Part shown: one piece after another, positions 16,224 to 31,302 of the stretch
Layout of the letters: each line of letters opens with the position of its first letter
Numbering within the stretch: position 1 is the first letter of the stretch
Assembly: GCF_009914755.1 (NCBI RefSeq)
Contig: NC_060942.1
Source: the human T2T-CHM13v2.0 reference genome, Homo sapiens
Reading direction: 5' to 3' (one strand)
DNA length: 64,000 nt
Notes under the pieces: model-generated
Told to the model about the DNA's origin: nothing
What the model saw: only the letters and a program-made list of their open reading frames with translations
The model's database searches: none
Translations under genes and position numbers: made by a program

Positions 16224-17471
16224 CATCTAATGTTGAAACCCTTGACTCCTTTTGAATTTGTAGATAAACCTGCAGCATCACTTGTTTGGCTGTTACTACC
16301 TTCACCCTTTAAATATTTACCTAGTCAGATGGGACAGGGAGAATGGTCAAAACCAAACTGGCACATACAACTCTGAATGGGCACATGCATAGACTCTAGG
16401 AGCCTGAGGTCTCATCAGCCCATACTCCCTCCCTGCCTTGGCACTATTATTTCTCTTGCCACTGGTGCTTTATTCGTTGGATTTTGAGGCTAGAATTTAG
16501 GACCATGAAATGTATTTTTTGGATCAAGAATTCAACCATGTTTCTAAGACATGGATCTGTTGATGGCTAACCTAAAAAAATTCTTTAAGAATGAAACACA
16601 TGCTTAGCCCCTAGGAAGAAGAGCAATGGTGTCCATGGAAGAAAACCTGATTCATTCTCAATTTGGTAGTCAGTTCCAGCAATTGTTATTGTCTGATTTT
16701 CTCCCCACCTCCTTCCTCTTGCCGATCACCTAAAATATCTTTGGAGGGCCAGCTCATTTCCATACTTCAAGACTCAGAGCACTGAACAAAGTTGCCATTG
16801 TCTGTTTATCTCCACAAAGATCTTAGGCAAACAGGATAGAATTTACATCTTAGTTGTTTTTAAGAGAGCTCATGAACTCGGTGAAGTAGCTTTTGGTATA
16901 GGGAAAGCAAGTGTTACCACAAACGAAGGGAATCTAGGCAATTTCCTTCTTTTGCTTTCTCCGTTATTGAATATATTTATTTATAATTCACTACACACAA
17001 AAATCTTCTCATAGCTGCTCTGGTACATTCCTGCAGAGAATTCTGAATGCCATAGTGGTGATTAAGATATTATAACTACATAAATAGCATAATGGCGTCC
17101 CTTCATGAGCAAATAATAACTGAATTTGGTTTCCACATAATGGTAGTACTGAGTTCTATTTTTAAAGAATTCTGCTTAGGAATATTGAAGACAAAAATTG
17201 AATGCTTATGAAATAAGGGAAAATTGAAAATCCCTTATTTTCATGATTATTAAGGTTATTATTATTGATTAAAATGGTTGGAATTGAATCATTGCGAAGC
17301 GTTATTCTTATAAATACCATTCTTTTAGCATATTAATATACTTTCTTCCAACTAAAATGTTTACTGTGTAATAAAATTATTACAATGTAACATAGTTTTT
17401 AAGAAAACATGTTCTCCACCTCTATCAAATATCAGGATTTTCCCATATTTGCAAACGAGTAAGGGTGTATA

Positions 17472-18525
<1,054 letters not shown>

Positions 18526-18534
18526 GACTCCAAT

Positions 18535-18661
18535 ATTTTTTTGTAGTGACGGGGTTTTGCCAAGTTGCCCAGGCTGGTCTTGAACTCCTGGGCTCAAGTG
18601 ATCTGCCTGTCTTGGCCTTCCAAAATTCTGAGATTATAGGCGTGAGTCACCACACCTGGCC
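18535..18661 (-). mobile_element. Alu left monomer/FLAM (J-type)
   Basis: GAACTCCTGGGCTCAAGTGATC, single monomer. Confidence 0.8.
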
Positions 18662-19668
18662 TGTTGGCCTTTTCCTGATGAGTGTGTAGGAGCTGTGTTT
18701 TGTTAACACAATTCAAATATAAATCCTTTGTTGGTAATGTGTCTTGCAAATATCTTCTTCGAGTCTGTGGCTGATTTGTTTTGTTTTGTTCAGTCATTAC
18801 TTCATTTATAGTGCCCTTTTGAATAGTCTTATTCTTCTCCAATATAGTCACAGTTGTCAATCTTTTTCTTTATGGTTGTGATATTTTTGTCTTATTCAAG
18901 AAAGTCTTTCTTGGCCCGAGGTCACAAAATATTCTCCTTTATTTTTTCCCTAAAAGTTTTAAATATCTTTATCTTTAGGGCTTTATCGTACTTGAAAAAA
19001 ATAAAAGCAGGTTTTCACAGGATGTGAGGTAAAAATCTAATTTTATTTTCCATTTGGATAAACAATTGTACCAACTGTGTTTATTGAATAGCTTTTCCTT
19101 TCCCCACTGATCTGTAATGCCATCTATATCATACTTCAAGTTTCCTTATACACATGGGTCTATTCCTGGCTTTCTATGCTGTTCCATGGGGTTAGCTGTC
19201 CTTTGACACTATCACACAGTCTAACTTCCTCTAGCTTGGTGGGGAGGGGTAATATATCTTGCCCATCTTCTAGGGAAAACTCTCCTTCCACCTCCCACAC
19301 CACACAATTGTGCTGTCCTCCTCTTTAGACGTTTAAAATTTTCAAGTTTGTGTGCTTGATCCTTTACTCTTCCCTATTAATTTTATGATTAGCTTATCTA
19401 GTTTGCAAAAGACTGTCTGGACACTTTGATTGAACTTAACCTTATAGTTTGCCTTAAACTTATAGATTAATTTAGGGAAAATCGTATATTTAAAATTCAA
19501 ATCTTCTAATCCATGTATGCTGTGTCTTGCCAGATCTTCTTCTATATCATTTGACAATCTTATAATTTGCTCAAAAATGTTCCTGTATTTTTTTGTTAAA
19601 TTTATTTCCAAGTTCTTATGATTTTGTTGCTATTATGATTGGAAATGTCAACTGATTACATATTCTGA

Positions 19669-19965
<297 letters not shown>

Positions 19966-20049
19966 CATATTCTGATATTCTAATAGAGTATAGAAATAGT
20001 ATTAATTTTACATGGTGATCTTATTTCTAGCAATCTTGACTAATTTTCT

Positions 20050-20355
<306 letters not shown>

Positions 20356-20645
20356 GATGAATTTTCTTATAAGTTCTACTAGGGTTTTTTTTTTTTAATT
20401 CTCATGGATTTTTCTCTATAAACAGTTATATCTTTTAAAAAACAAATTGTACCTTTCCTTCTAATATTTATACCTCATATTTCTTTCTAATCACTTGTCT
20501 TATTATCTCAGAAATATATTACAATATTTAATAGAAATTGATATAAGGTAAATCTTTGTCTTCTGAACTCTTACTGGAATACTTCTAAAGTTTAACCACT
20601 ATTACGTTTGTAATAGATCATTATTTCTTAAAATAACTTTATATT

Positions 20646-21107
20646 TGTAAGGCCTCTGAACCCAAGTCAAGCCATCGCATCCCCTGTGACTTGCACGTAT
20701 ACATCCAGATGGCCTGAAGTAACTGAAGATCCACAAAAGAAGTAAAAATAGCCTTAACTGATGACATTCCACCATTGTGATTTGTTTCTGCCCCACCCTA
20801 ACTGATCAATGTACTTTGTAATCTCCCCCACCCTTAAGAGGGTACTTTGTAATCTCCCCTACTCTTAAGAAGGTTCTTTGTAATTCTCCCCACCCTTGAG
20901 AATGTACTTTGTGAGATCCACCCCTGCCCGCAAAACATTGCTCTTAACTTCACCGCCTATCCCAAAACCTATAAGAACTAATGATAATCCACCACCCTTC
21001 GCTGACTCTCTTTTCGGACTCAGCCCGCCTGCACCCAGGTGAAATAAACAGCCATGTTGCTCACACAAAGCCTGTTTGGTGGTCTCTTCACACAGACGTG
21101 CATGAAA
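20646..21107 (+). mobile_element. HERV-H solo LTR, LTR7Y/LTR7B type
   Basis: TGTAAGGCCTCTGAACCCAAG...CATGAAA; ~31-bp TACTTTGTAATCTCCCC repeats; TSD ATATT. Confidence 0.92.
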
Positions 21108-21307
21108 ATATTAGCTTGGAAATGATTTTTATTATGAATGAGTGTTGCCTTCTGTTTCTAGTCCTTACTAATATTTACCTTCGTTTTGATCATATTTATA
21201 TATATTTGCTTTATCTTTGTATTTTATCATTCTTATGTGTTTGGATCAGACATAATCGTGTAAATGTGAAATTAATGTCCTACACTGTCTAGTAGTTTCA
21301 TTATCAC

Positions 21308-22266
21308 TGTTGGAAATGCTTCTTCCCCAGTGCCATAAAGAAATACCGCTTGAACATAAGTTTATTTAGTAAGGCCATTTTTCCTTCCTGCAGAACGGGT
21401 ACACTCTCCAGCAGTTTTGCCACAAGAGTACAGCGAACAAAGGAGACAGGATCACTTATCACCTGATGCATCCACCCTACTGATGTGTCTGGTTTCCACT
21501 GGCTGGAATGGGACCTTATATTTGTATTTGTCCCGGTTGGCTAGCAACTTAGAACTTTTTAAAAGAGGCAAAGGTAGAGGAGAACAAAGGAAGGAGGAAG
21601 TAACTTGTGGAATGCTAAGAAAGGTAAAAACACTTTTAAATAAGGAAGAGGAACAGGCTATGATCTAACGTTTGCTTGGACCAGTATAAGCATGTCAGGG
21701 CAAATATTTAGGCTAAATTGTGGGAGCTAAGAATGTAAAGTTCGTTGATTTCTTTCACTTGCGTCCGTGTGAAGAGACCACCAAACAGGCTTTGTGTGAG
21801 CAACAAGGCTGTTTATTTCACCTGGGTGCAGGCGGGCTGAGTCCGAAAAGAGAGTCAGGGGAGGCAGATGGGGTGGGGGTATAGGATTTTGGTAGGTAGT
21901 GGAAAATTACAATCAAAGGGGGTTGTTCTCTGGCAGGCACGGGTGGGGGTCACAAGGTGCTCAGTGGGGGAACTTTTGAGCCAGGATGAACCAGGAGAAG
22001 GAATTTCACAAGGTAATGTCATCAGTTAAGGCAGGAACAGGCCATTTTCACTACTTTTGTGATTCTTCAGTTACTTCAGGCCATCTGGATGAATACATGC
22101 AGGCTTGGGCTCAGAGGCCTGACAATTTCCTTATTACAGCTAGCAGATATTTAAGAATGTTAGCACAGGTCTTTGAATAAATTTTGCTTCTAAGAGAAGT
22201 TACTATTTATTCCTAATTAGATGGGGAAAAAGTCTTTGAAGAGGAACCTCTACTTTACTTTTTACA
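21308..22266 (-). mobile_element. LTR10-family solo LTR (LTR10C-like) split by LTR7
   Basis: Reverse complement starts TGTAAAAAGTAAAGTAGAGGTTCCTCTTCAAAGAC and ends CCAACA; TSD ATCAC. Confidence 0.7.
21753..22124 (-). mobile_element. HERV-H solo LTR7, short single-repeat variant
   Basis: Reverse complement TGTCAGGCCTCTGAGCCCAAGCC...GTGAAA; TSD ATTTC at 21748-21752 and 22125-22129. Confidence 0.92.
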
Positions 22267-22313
22267 ATCACATTTTTTAAAAGAGAAAAATTATAGTCAC
22301 CAAATAATCCACC

Positions 22314-22761
22314 TGTCAGGCCTCTGAGCCCAAGCCAAGACATCGCATCCCCTGTGACTTGCACATATATGCCCAGATGGCCTGAAGTAACTGAAGAATC
22401 ACAAAAGAAGTGAAAATGCCCTGCCTTAACTGATGACATTCCACCACAAAAGAAGTGAAAATGGCCGGTCCTTGCCTTAAGTGATGACATTACCTTGTGA
22501 AAGTCCTTTTCCTGGCTCATCCTGGCTCTAAAAGCTCCCCCACTGAGCACCTTGCGACCCCCCCACTCCTGCCTGCCAGAGAACAAACCCTCTTTGACTG
22601 TAATTTTCCTTTAGGTACCCAAATCTTATAAAACGGCCCCACCCCTATCTCCCTTCGCTGACTCTCTTTTTGGACTCAGCATGCCTGCACCCAGGTGATT
22701 AAAAGCTTTATTGCTCACACAAAGCCTGTTTGGTGGTCTCTTCACATGGACGCGCATGAAA
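22314..22761 (+). mobile_element. HERV-H solo LTR7 (LTR7u/up-like)
   Basis: TGTCAGGCCTCTGAGCCCAAG...GCATGAAA; two ACAAAAGAAGTGAAAATG blocks; TATAAAA near 22627; TSD CCACC. Confidence 0.93.
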
Positions 22762-23002
22762 CCACCTAAGAGATTAAAAAGTAGCTTTCAGAAAATCCAA
22801 GTGAAATAAATTAACTGTGGTATTGCCTAAAATTCCACCATGGGATTTTTCTATCTTTTCAGCATTATGTTGGATTAGGCAAACATTTGATCTTTGGTTA
22901 TATTTTAATGAAGGTATCACTTTTACTGTTTCTTTAATAACAGGAAAATAATTTACACAGTTATCAAGAATTTTCAAATGCTGAAGTATTCACAGTGCAT
23001 AG

Positions 23003-23537
<535 letters not shown>

Positions 23538-24244
23538 CTGCAGTAATCTGATTAGTTGTTCAATAATGTAAATGCCATCATATAAAAGTATTAAGTTCAT
23601 GAGGGAAAAATTAACTATGCTTAATTTTTCGTAGTTCATTATAATAAATAGACAAGTAAAAGTGAAATTTTGATTGAAAAATGGTTCACATGCTGATAAT
23701 ATGTTTTCTGAATGTTAGACTCAAAATGAATAAGGTACCTGCTCAGAAAATTCAATGGATATGTTTATTTTTACTTGTACTGCTGAGGTTCAATAAATGT
23801 TAATTAGTCTATATTGTATAACTCAGTAACAATAGTAACACTAATGAATTTACAAGTTATAGTTATTTGAGATTATATGTATATTAGAATCCAATGTAAA
23901 GCAATCCTTTCATTGACATCTAAATTATTTAAGGATATATGTACAACTACTAGAGGGGATACTAATGAGACCATGATATGAAAAGCAAGATAGACTTTAA
24001 ACTATAACAGAACATAGAAACTCCAATGTCAAAATGTTTCCACATGCTCTCAAAAATTATCCACCAAAGAGGAAAATCAAGAGTTTTGTACAGGTAGTAT
24101 GGAATATTTTATAGCAAGTGTTGCTTTTTTTGGGATAATAAAAATTACAAGGACAGACCATAAGCAAAAGCTGGAAGAGCAGGCTGTTTCACACTCAGTC
24201 TCTCTTTTGTCTTACCTAATGCCAGTTTCTCTCATCTGAAGTAA

Positions 24245-24588
<344 letters not shown>

Positions 24589-24976
24589 TGCACATCTAAT
24601 TTTTACGGTGTTTGTGATTCTTTGCAAGACTATTTGGATTTTCAACCTGGCATTCATTGTGCACTGAAAATAAATTCATCCTTTGCTAACAGGCATTCCA
24701 GGCAGCAGTGAAGAGGTTGGGTAGGGAGGGTAAGGAAAAGGGTCTCTTGGTGATGGGAGGGTGGCCATCTTTGGGTCCTGCAGTCACACCTTTTAGGATG
24801 TTACCTGTTCAGACTATGAACCAGGCTAGTCCCATAAATATGGTCTATGTAGTCAGTACCCAAATGGACAAAACCTGTAAAACAAACCAAAGCAAGGAAT
24901 TTAAGAAGCGGCAATATACGATCATCTAACTCCTGTAAGTTTTAGCTTCATCATAGTAATGTTTTCTTTCTTCTAG

Positions 24977-25057
24977 AAGAGAACAGCATCAGGGCACATT
25001 GAGGCTCAGAAATTTATATTCCAAGAAGAGGTGCACAGGAACAGAGCAGATCCAAAG
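24977..25057 (+). other. Candidate internal exon (81 nt)
   Basis: TTTTCTTTCTTCTAG| acceptor, purine-rich body, AAG|GTAAAT donor; no transcript evidence available. Confidence 0.35.
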
Positions 25058-25611
25058 GTAAATTGCTCATGGGTTCTAAACTGAGCTGGGTTAAGAGTTT
25101 TGGGATTCAAAAAGAATGCATTGTGCAGAATTGTGGAATGACCCTTAGAGATGTGAAATACTTGAAAGAATACTGAGTTTTGGAATGTTCACCTTAAGTC
25201 TGAGTAAAAATCTGTCAAAAATCCATGTAAGAAGCATAATGTTAAATTACCCCAATGATAAAGCCTGTCCCTTTTGCTTCATAGGATATTTCCGGTTATA
25301 AGAAAGGATTCTGTATATTAAAACTGGAGAAGACGTCACAAAGAAGGCCAAAAATGCATTGTTTTTGATAATAATGTGCCAGGCTTCAGTTTGGCAATCT
25401 GTGTAGGAGAACATTTGTGCAAGAGCCATCTCTATTGGAGAGGTTCGATCATCACATTGCTTTCTCTGTTGACTGATATTTTGAGAAATGAGACACATGG
25501 CAAGGAGAAGCCATGCTATTACTTTCAGGTGCCAAATGAAATGATTCACTTCAGGGCACTTCAAAATAAAAATAAAAGTACAAATATAATTTAGGCATAG
25601 ATCATTCCTGA

Positions 25612-25657
25612 ACTAATTTAACTGTGTATTTCTTACTAATTTAACTGTGTATTTCTT
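25612..25657. repeat. Perfect 23-bp tandem duplication
   Basis: ACTAATTTAACTGTGTATTTCTT x2. Confidence 0.95.
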
Positions 25658-28391
25658 TAAAGCAGACAACCACCTGGAAGCAGTCATAACAACAGCAATA
25701 GCAAATCAATGCTGGTGAGCAAACTAAGTTAAATATTAACATCTAATTATATACTGTCTTGGAAGCAGCTGTGAGTTTATTGCCTTTTTAAAACAGTGCT
25801 AATAGTTTATAAATGTAGCATGCATCTAGTATCTTATCCTCACTGAAAACATAACTATTGATTTATACTAAACAAACCATAAATAAGTACGTATCTCTAA
25901 GGCTTATTGGAGTTATTTAGTGTTTCTATCAAATATATTACTAAGAACCATCTTTGAGAATTTTTTTTTCTGGAAAAGGCTTCCAGCACTTCAAACTGAC
26001 ATAATAGAAAAATCAAATAATATATATGCTTATGTTTAAGTATTTGTGTATTCTCATCAAAAAACTTGATTATCTAGGCAAGTGTACGAACCATAAAGTA
26101 ATTAGAAGTTAATATAGTGTCCCCTGACTCTAGCGAGCACCTCAACCCTTAAGATATTTTTCAATTTCATGTTTAAAGACACAAATATAATTGGATCAGC
26201 TTTTCCTCAAACCAACTAATACAGCACAACTCCTGGAACTAAGGATGTTTTACAGATGCAGAAAAGAGACTGTCTAGGCAAACTGAATTTCAGTCTTTGA
26301 AACAAAAGCAGTGGTCTTGAGAAGACGTTTACCTGCTCACTTTTAAGTCAACTCATTTTCTTTCTTTAAATATAAAATAAACAGCTTTCTCAGGTGTTTT
26401 TAAAGTAGGCGTATATAACTGTATGTGTATAGTTTCTTTAACACTATCCACTGAGGATATCCAGTGAAACAAGAAACACAAGCCCTATCGTATAAGTCTA
26501 AACAGAAAGCTCTTGCTTCCTGGGAATGAAAATCTAATATTATAATGCAACATAAACCGGGTGAAGATGGGCAGTGTTAGGTAATTTTATTAGGTTTCTC
26601 TTAGTTCTCTCTGAAACTGGGGATATGTTAGGAAGAGGCAATGGCCATAAAAATACATTTTATAAAGTTCAACATATCAAAGAGAATTTAGAAGTAATTA
26701 ATCTGTAAGATTACTGCCACAAATCCTATATTAATTATCAACTAATTAATGATGTGCTAGAACCCAGGATTCTGGTAATATTAGCTCTGCTCTAAAACAA
26801 ATGCCAAATGGTTTCAAAGGACTTACTACTTATGACAGGAATAACACATATTAAAAAGAAAAGCAAAAGGATATTTTACATTCTTCTCAGTGGTGAAAGT
26901 CTGATAATTGAAAATTAACCTTGTATCATGTGGATAGTTCAGTTGTTAGAGAGCCAGAATATATATTTCCTAATAATATGGATCAAGGATAATACATAGT
27001 CCAGTCACTCTTGACTAAAGGAGTCTGACATTTTCTTCTTAAAACTGAGGTGAAAATTGATTGACTTCAGGTTTGTTTTTTTTTTTCCTCCAGGGGAAAA
27101 GATCAATTTTCTATTCTTATTACAATTTGTAGTGTGTGAGTGAGGTATGGCACTTTAGTGCTCTGAACACAATGAATCAGTGTGGTGTTCTGGTCAACAC
27201 TTTTCTGACCATTTGTTAGCAGGCATTTTTGGAGATCTTGTAGCCATTCCACCCCTCCAGAGTCACCATAAATTACAGCTTGCCATTTTCAAATCTGCTT
27301 TCAGGTATTATTTCAGTGGCATTAGCATTAAAATACATTTGTTCAAGATAAATGAATTAAATGTAAGAATGATGAAAAAAAATTTTTTTAATCCTCTAAT
27401 TGTAGAATATTGCCTCTCTTTAGATTCAAGATCAGCTAACATCAATTTGCCCCATTAGCTGCTTTAGACAAATTGGTCGAATAGCATTTGACTAACATTA
27501 TAAGATGACAGGCTCTATCTTAATGAATTTGATTATGTATTCACTGGCTATTTGTGTGTTCTGCTTTATTGGTCTACAGATTACATGTGTAAGGTATAAT
27601 CACACAATGTGGAGGGCACACATTTTCCTCTCACTGATTAACCTTTCTTTTCACATTTCTCAACATGGGTAATGAAATCAAAGCAGAAAGTGATGAATGG
27701 TGAATGGTTAATTCTAACATAAACCCAGGTGTTCTCAGGTATTAATATAATCAACGTGAGTTTGTAGGCTGTGAATTTTCAAAATGGCAGAACAAAACAA
27801 GGTGGAGAAAATAGACTTGGTTAAACCTAATTTTTTTTCCTACAATGTAACGCTGACAAACCAAATACTATCAGAACCAACTTCCATTTTATTGGTAAAC
27901 TTTGATTGCTTTTCAAACAATCAGAGTAGAAATTTCTTAGATTAACACAGAAATTGAGAATCTCCAGAATCCAGGAGCATAGTTTTGCACTTTTAACAAA
28001 TATTGTGATGTGTGGACAATAAAACTCACTAATTTGAGGCAAATAGATAAATCTAACATAAGAAAATCTATATAAAAATTGTGTAATTGGAAATAAGACT
28101 GCCGCGTATACATTGCCAACACTGCATCCCTGAAAAACAATCTACTTTTTCAAACAAGATCAAGTTTCCTGTGAATAAGTCTCACTGTTTTAAAATGACT
28201 TTTTGGAACATCTATGAAAGCACAAGAAACACAACTAGCTATTGGGAGGAACGGAAGTCTGACAGATGATGGAACATGATCAGAGCATCTCTAAACTTGA
28301 AGGGACATTATGAATCATCTAGAATAATTATTTTCCAAACTTCAATCATTTAAACACCACCCTCATAACTTCACCTATCTCTATACCTGTC

Positions 28392-28457
28392 TTTTTTCAT
28401 TTGTATAAATTTAGGGGTTACAAGTGCAGTTTTGTTACATGGATATAATGGGTAGTG
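28392..28457 (-). mobile_element. Short L1MA 3'-end insertion
   Basis: TTTGTATAAATTTAGGGGTTACAAGTGCAGTTTTGTTACATGGATATA, flanked by CTATACC. Confidence 0.65.
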
Positions 28458-28469
28458 CCTATACCCTTC

Positions 28470-28971
28470 TTCATAAGTTTCCTACTGCTGCCTAACAAAT
28501 TGTCATAAATTTGGTAGCTTATGCAACATGGAATTACTGTCTTGTAATTCTATAAGTCAAAAGTTGGACATGGATCTTATGGGCTAAAATCACAGTGTTG
28601 GCAGGGCTTTGTTCCTTTCTAGAGGCCATAGGAGAGAATAGGTTTCCTGGCCTTATCTTCTCGAGGCCACCCACATTCTTTGGCTGGTGGCCCTCTTTCT
28701 CCATCTTCAGAGCCAACAACATTGCATCTTGATGACTCTTTGGTCGTCACATATTTTTCTAACAACAGCTGAGAACGGTTTTCCACTTTTCAAAACTCAT
28801 ATGATCACAACAGGCACATTTAGGTAATCCAAAATAATCTCCCCATGTCAAAGGTTCTTAACCTTAATCCCATCTGCAAGATCCCTTTTGTCATGTACGA
28901 TAACATATTCACAGGATCTGGGGATTAGGATGTGGACATCCTGGGGTGGGGAGCATTTTTTTCCTTCCACA
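28470..28971 (-). mobile_element. MLT1 (MLT1D-like) MaLR LTR
   Basis: CTGCTGCCTAACAAATT...GGCTAAAATCACAGTGTTGGCAGGGCT...GGATTAGGATGTGGACATC. Confidence 0.8.
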
Positions 28972-29828
28972 TCTTCTAATATAAGGTATGAAATATTTTG
29001 ATGTAAGTTGACTTATTTACAGAAATTTTTATCATTGCTATAAATGGGAAACTAAAATTAGAATAAATTCTTTGAAAGTAGAACAAGAGTATCAGATCTG
29101 GTTAACTGGATATTATTGCCCCCTGCATTCTAGAACCTGTTGCTCTCTTGGTTGAAAGGTAGGTTAGCATGTTTGAAAAGTATTATGGCACCAATCTGAG
29201 GCTTTCCCTTAGGCCGTAATGGAGGGAGTGAAACTATAATTAAAAAGGGAATTGAAAAGTCTCATTAGGAAGGTCAGTGATTTTGAATGCTGCATCTGTG
29301 GAGTTCTAAAAATCATTTCATGACACTCTAATAGTTCATTTACCATTAGCAATGTATGTTCCACATTCTGAGAAGCTCAGAGGTAGTGATGCAAGTCACA
29401 ATTGGTGCAAGAGGTCCCTGGGTAAAACCCTTGTCACCTGTCCATCCAGAAAATGGTCAGGGGATTTTTGGCCAGGCAAGAGCACTCATTAAGTCAATTT
29501 TTTAAACGTAAAAACTCATTACATATGGTGCTTCATTGCAGATAAATCTTACTCTCTGGAATTTCCAGCCATTTATCCTAGCTTGGCACTCTGTAGCAAG
29601 GCAGAACTGGTCAAATTACCCAGCAGAGTAGCCAGAGAATAGTTTGGACCAGCGTATCAGGATTCAAGTCACAGCTCCGCCACTCATTGGTGGAAGAATT
29701 TTGGAACAAGTCTATATTTTTTTAGGCTAAAGAATGGAGAATAGTATAATAATATTAATACCAACTACACAGGACTTCTGTGATGGTCAGATGTGCTAAA
29801 AATGTGTAATCTTTTAAGCCATGAATTT

Positions 29829-29960
29829 GGTGACCATATAATAATTGATTATCCAAATTAGAACATTCTTATGAACGAAAGAGGGTGCTATTAACAATTG
29901 TGTTGCAACAGTAGGCACAAACTGCGACTGATTCAGCAATCAGCATGCAGGTTCAGACTG
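29829..29960. mobile_element. MER94-like hAT MITE
   Basis: GGTGACCATATAAT...TCCAAA...GAAAGAGGGTGCTATTAACAATT. Confidence 0.55.
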
Positions 29961-30169
29961 AACACGGGAGACTTCATTAATTTTAGTCATTTCTGTTTTA
30001 CGTGGAAGCTTTTCTAAATTTGAAGTCAAATGACCATATTATCTCTGTTTTTGGTTTGCTTTTAGCCAAATATGTCCATTTATTTCAAACATTTCAAATA
30101 TGATATTTCTCAGTCTTTTTCTGGCCAGCCTCATATAGGTGGAATCTAGTTTTTAAAGTTTTGTTTTGG

Positions 30170-30600
30170 AGTGTAAGCAGAGTGTGGAGTGCCTAGGTTC
30201 AGATTTTTACTTCCAACGCTGATCAGCTTGGATACAGTTTTTAATCCCTCTGTATCGCAGTGATCTCTTCTACCTGCCTCACATAGTTGCAGTGAAGAGT
30301 AATGAGTCAATAGCTATAGGACTTAGACTCATGCTTGGCACATATAAACACCATGTAAGTGTTGTTAAATAGAATAAATGATGAGGCTACTGGAACTGAA
30401 CAATACTCAAAACAACAAACTGCAATAGTTTATGACAGCCTATGCTAGACACTGGAGATAAAACAGTAAACAATAAAGGCACAGTCCCAGCCCTCAGGGA
30501 ACTTCCAGACCTGCAGAGAGAAAAGGTGTTAAGCAAGCTGTCACATAAATTAATGATTTGCAACTGTGACTAGTGCTGTGAAAGAGAAAAGCAACTTACA
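30170..30600. mobile_element. MIR (+) followed by an L2 fragment (-)
   Basis: TGCCTAGGTTCAGAT...CTACCTGCCTCACATAGTTG...TTGGCACATA; GCTAGACACTGGAGATA...CCCAGCCCTCAGGGAACTT. Confidence 0.6.
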
Positions 30601-30839
30601 GTGTGTTGCGCCTCTTTGGGGACCCAATTTTATCTGGCCAGTATAGACCACAGTAGGACAATTATGTCTGCTGTGCTGGCACCAGAATCCTATTAATGAA
30701 TGTAAGTATTCATTAGCTCCCAGGCAACTGCATCACACTAGAAACTCACGTTCAGCTTGTGGTCGTTAATACCCTCAGGTTTTTCTTTGCATGTACTGTT
30801 GTCAAGATGGAATCCTTGGCTTTGTAATTCTCTAATTGA

Positions 30840-31302
<463 letters not shown>

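Noticed and set aside
21686-21710. p53 site in the LTR10-like element
   Set aside because: Only one imperfect half-site (AAGCATGTCA); the adjacent half lacks the CWWG core.
20646-22761. The two plus-strand LTR7s as the 5' and 3' LTRs of one deleted HERV-H provirus
   Set aside because: Different TSDs, different U3 structures, no PBS after the first LTR and no HERV-H internal sequence between them.
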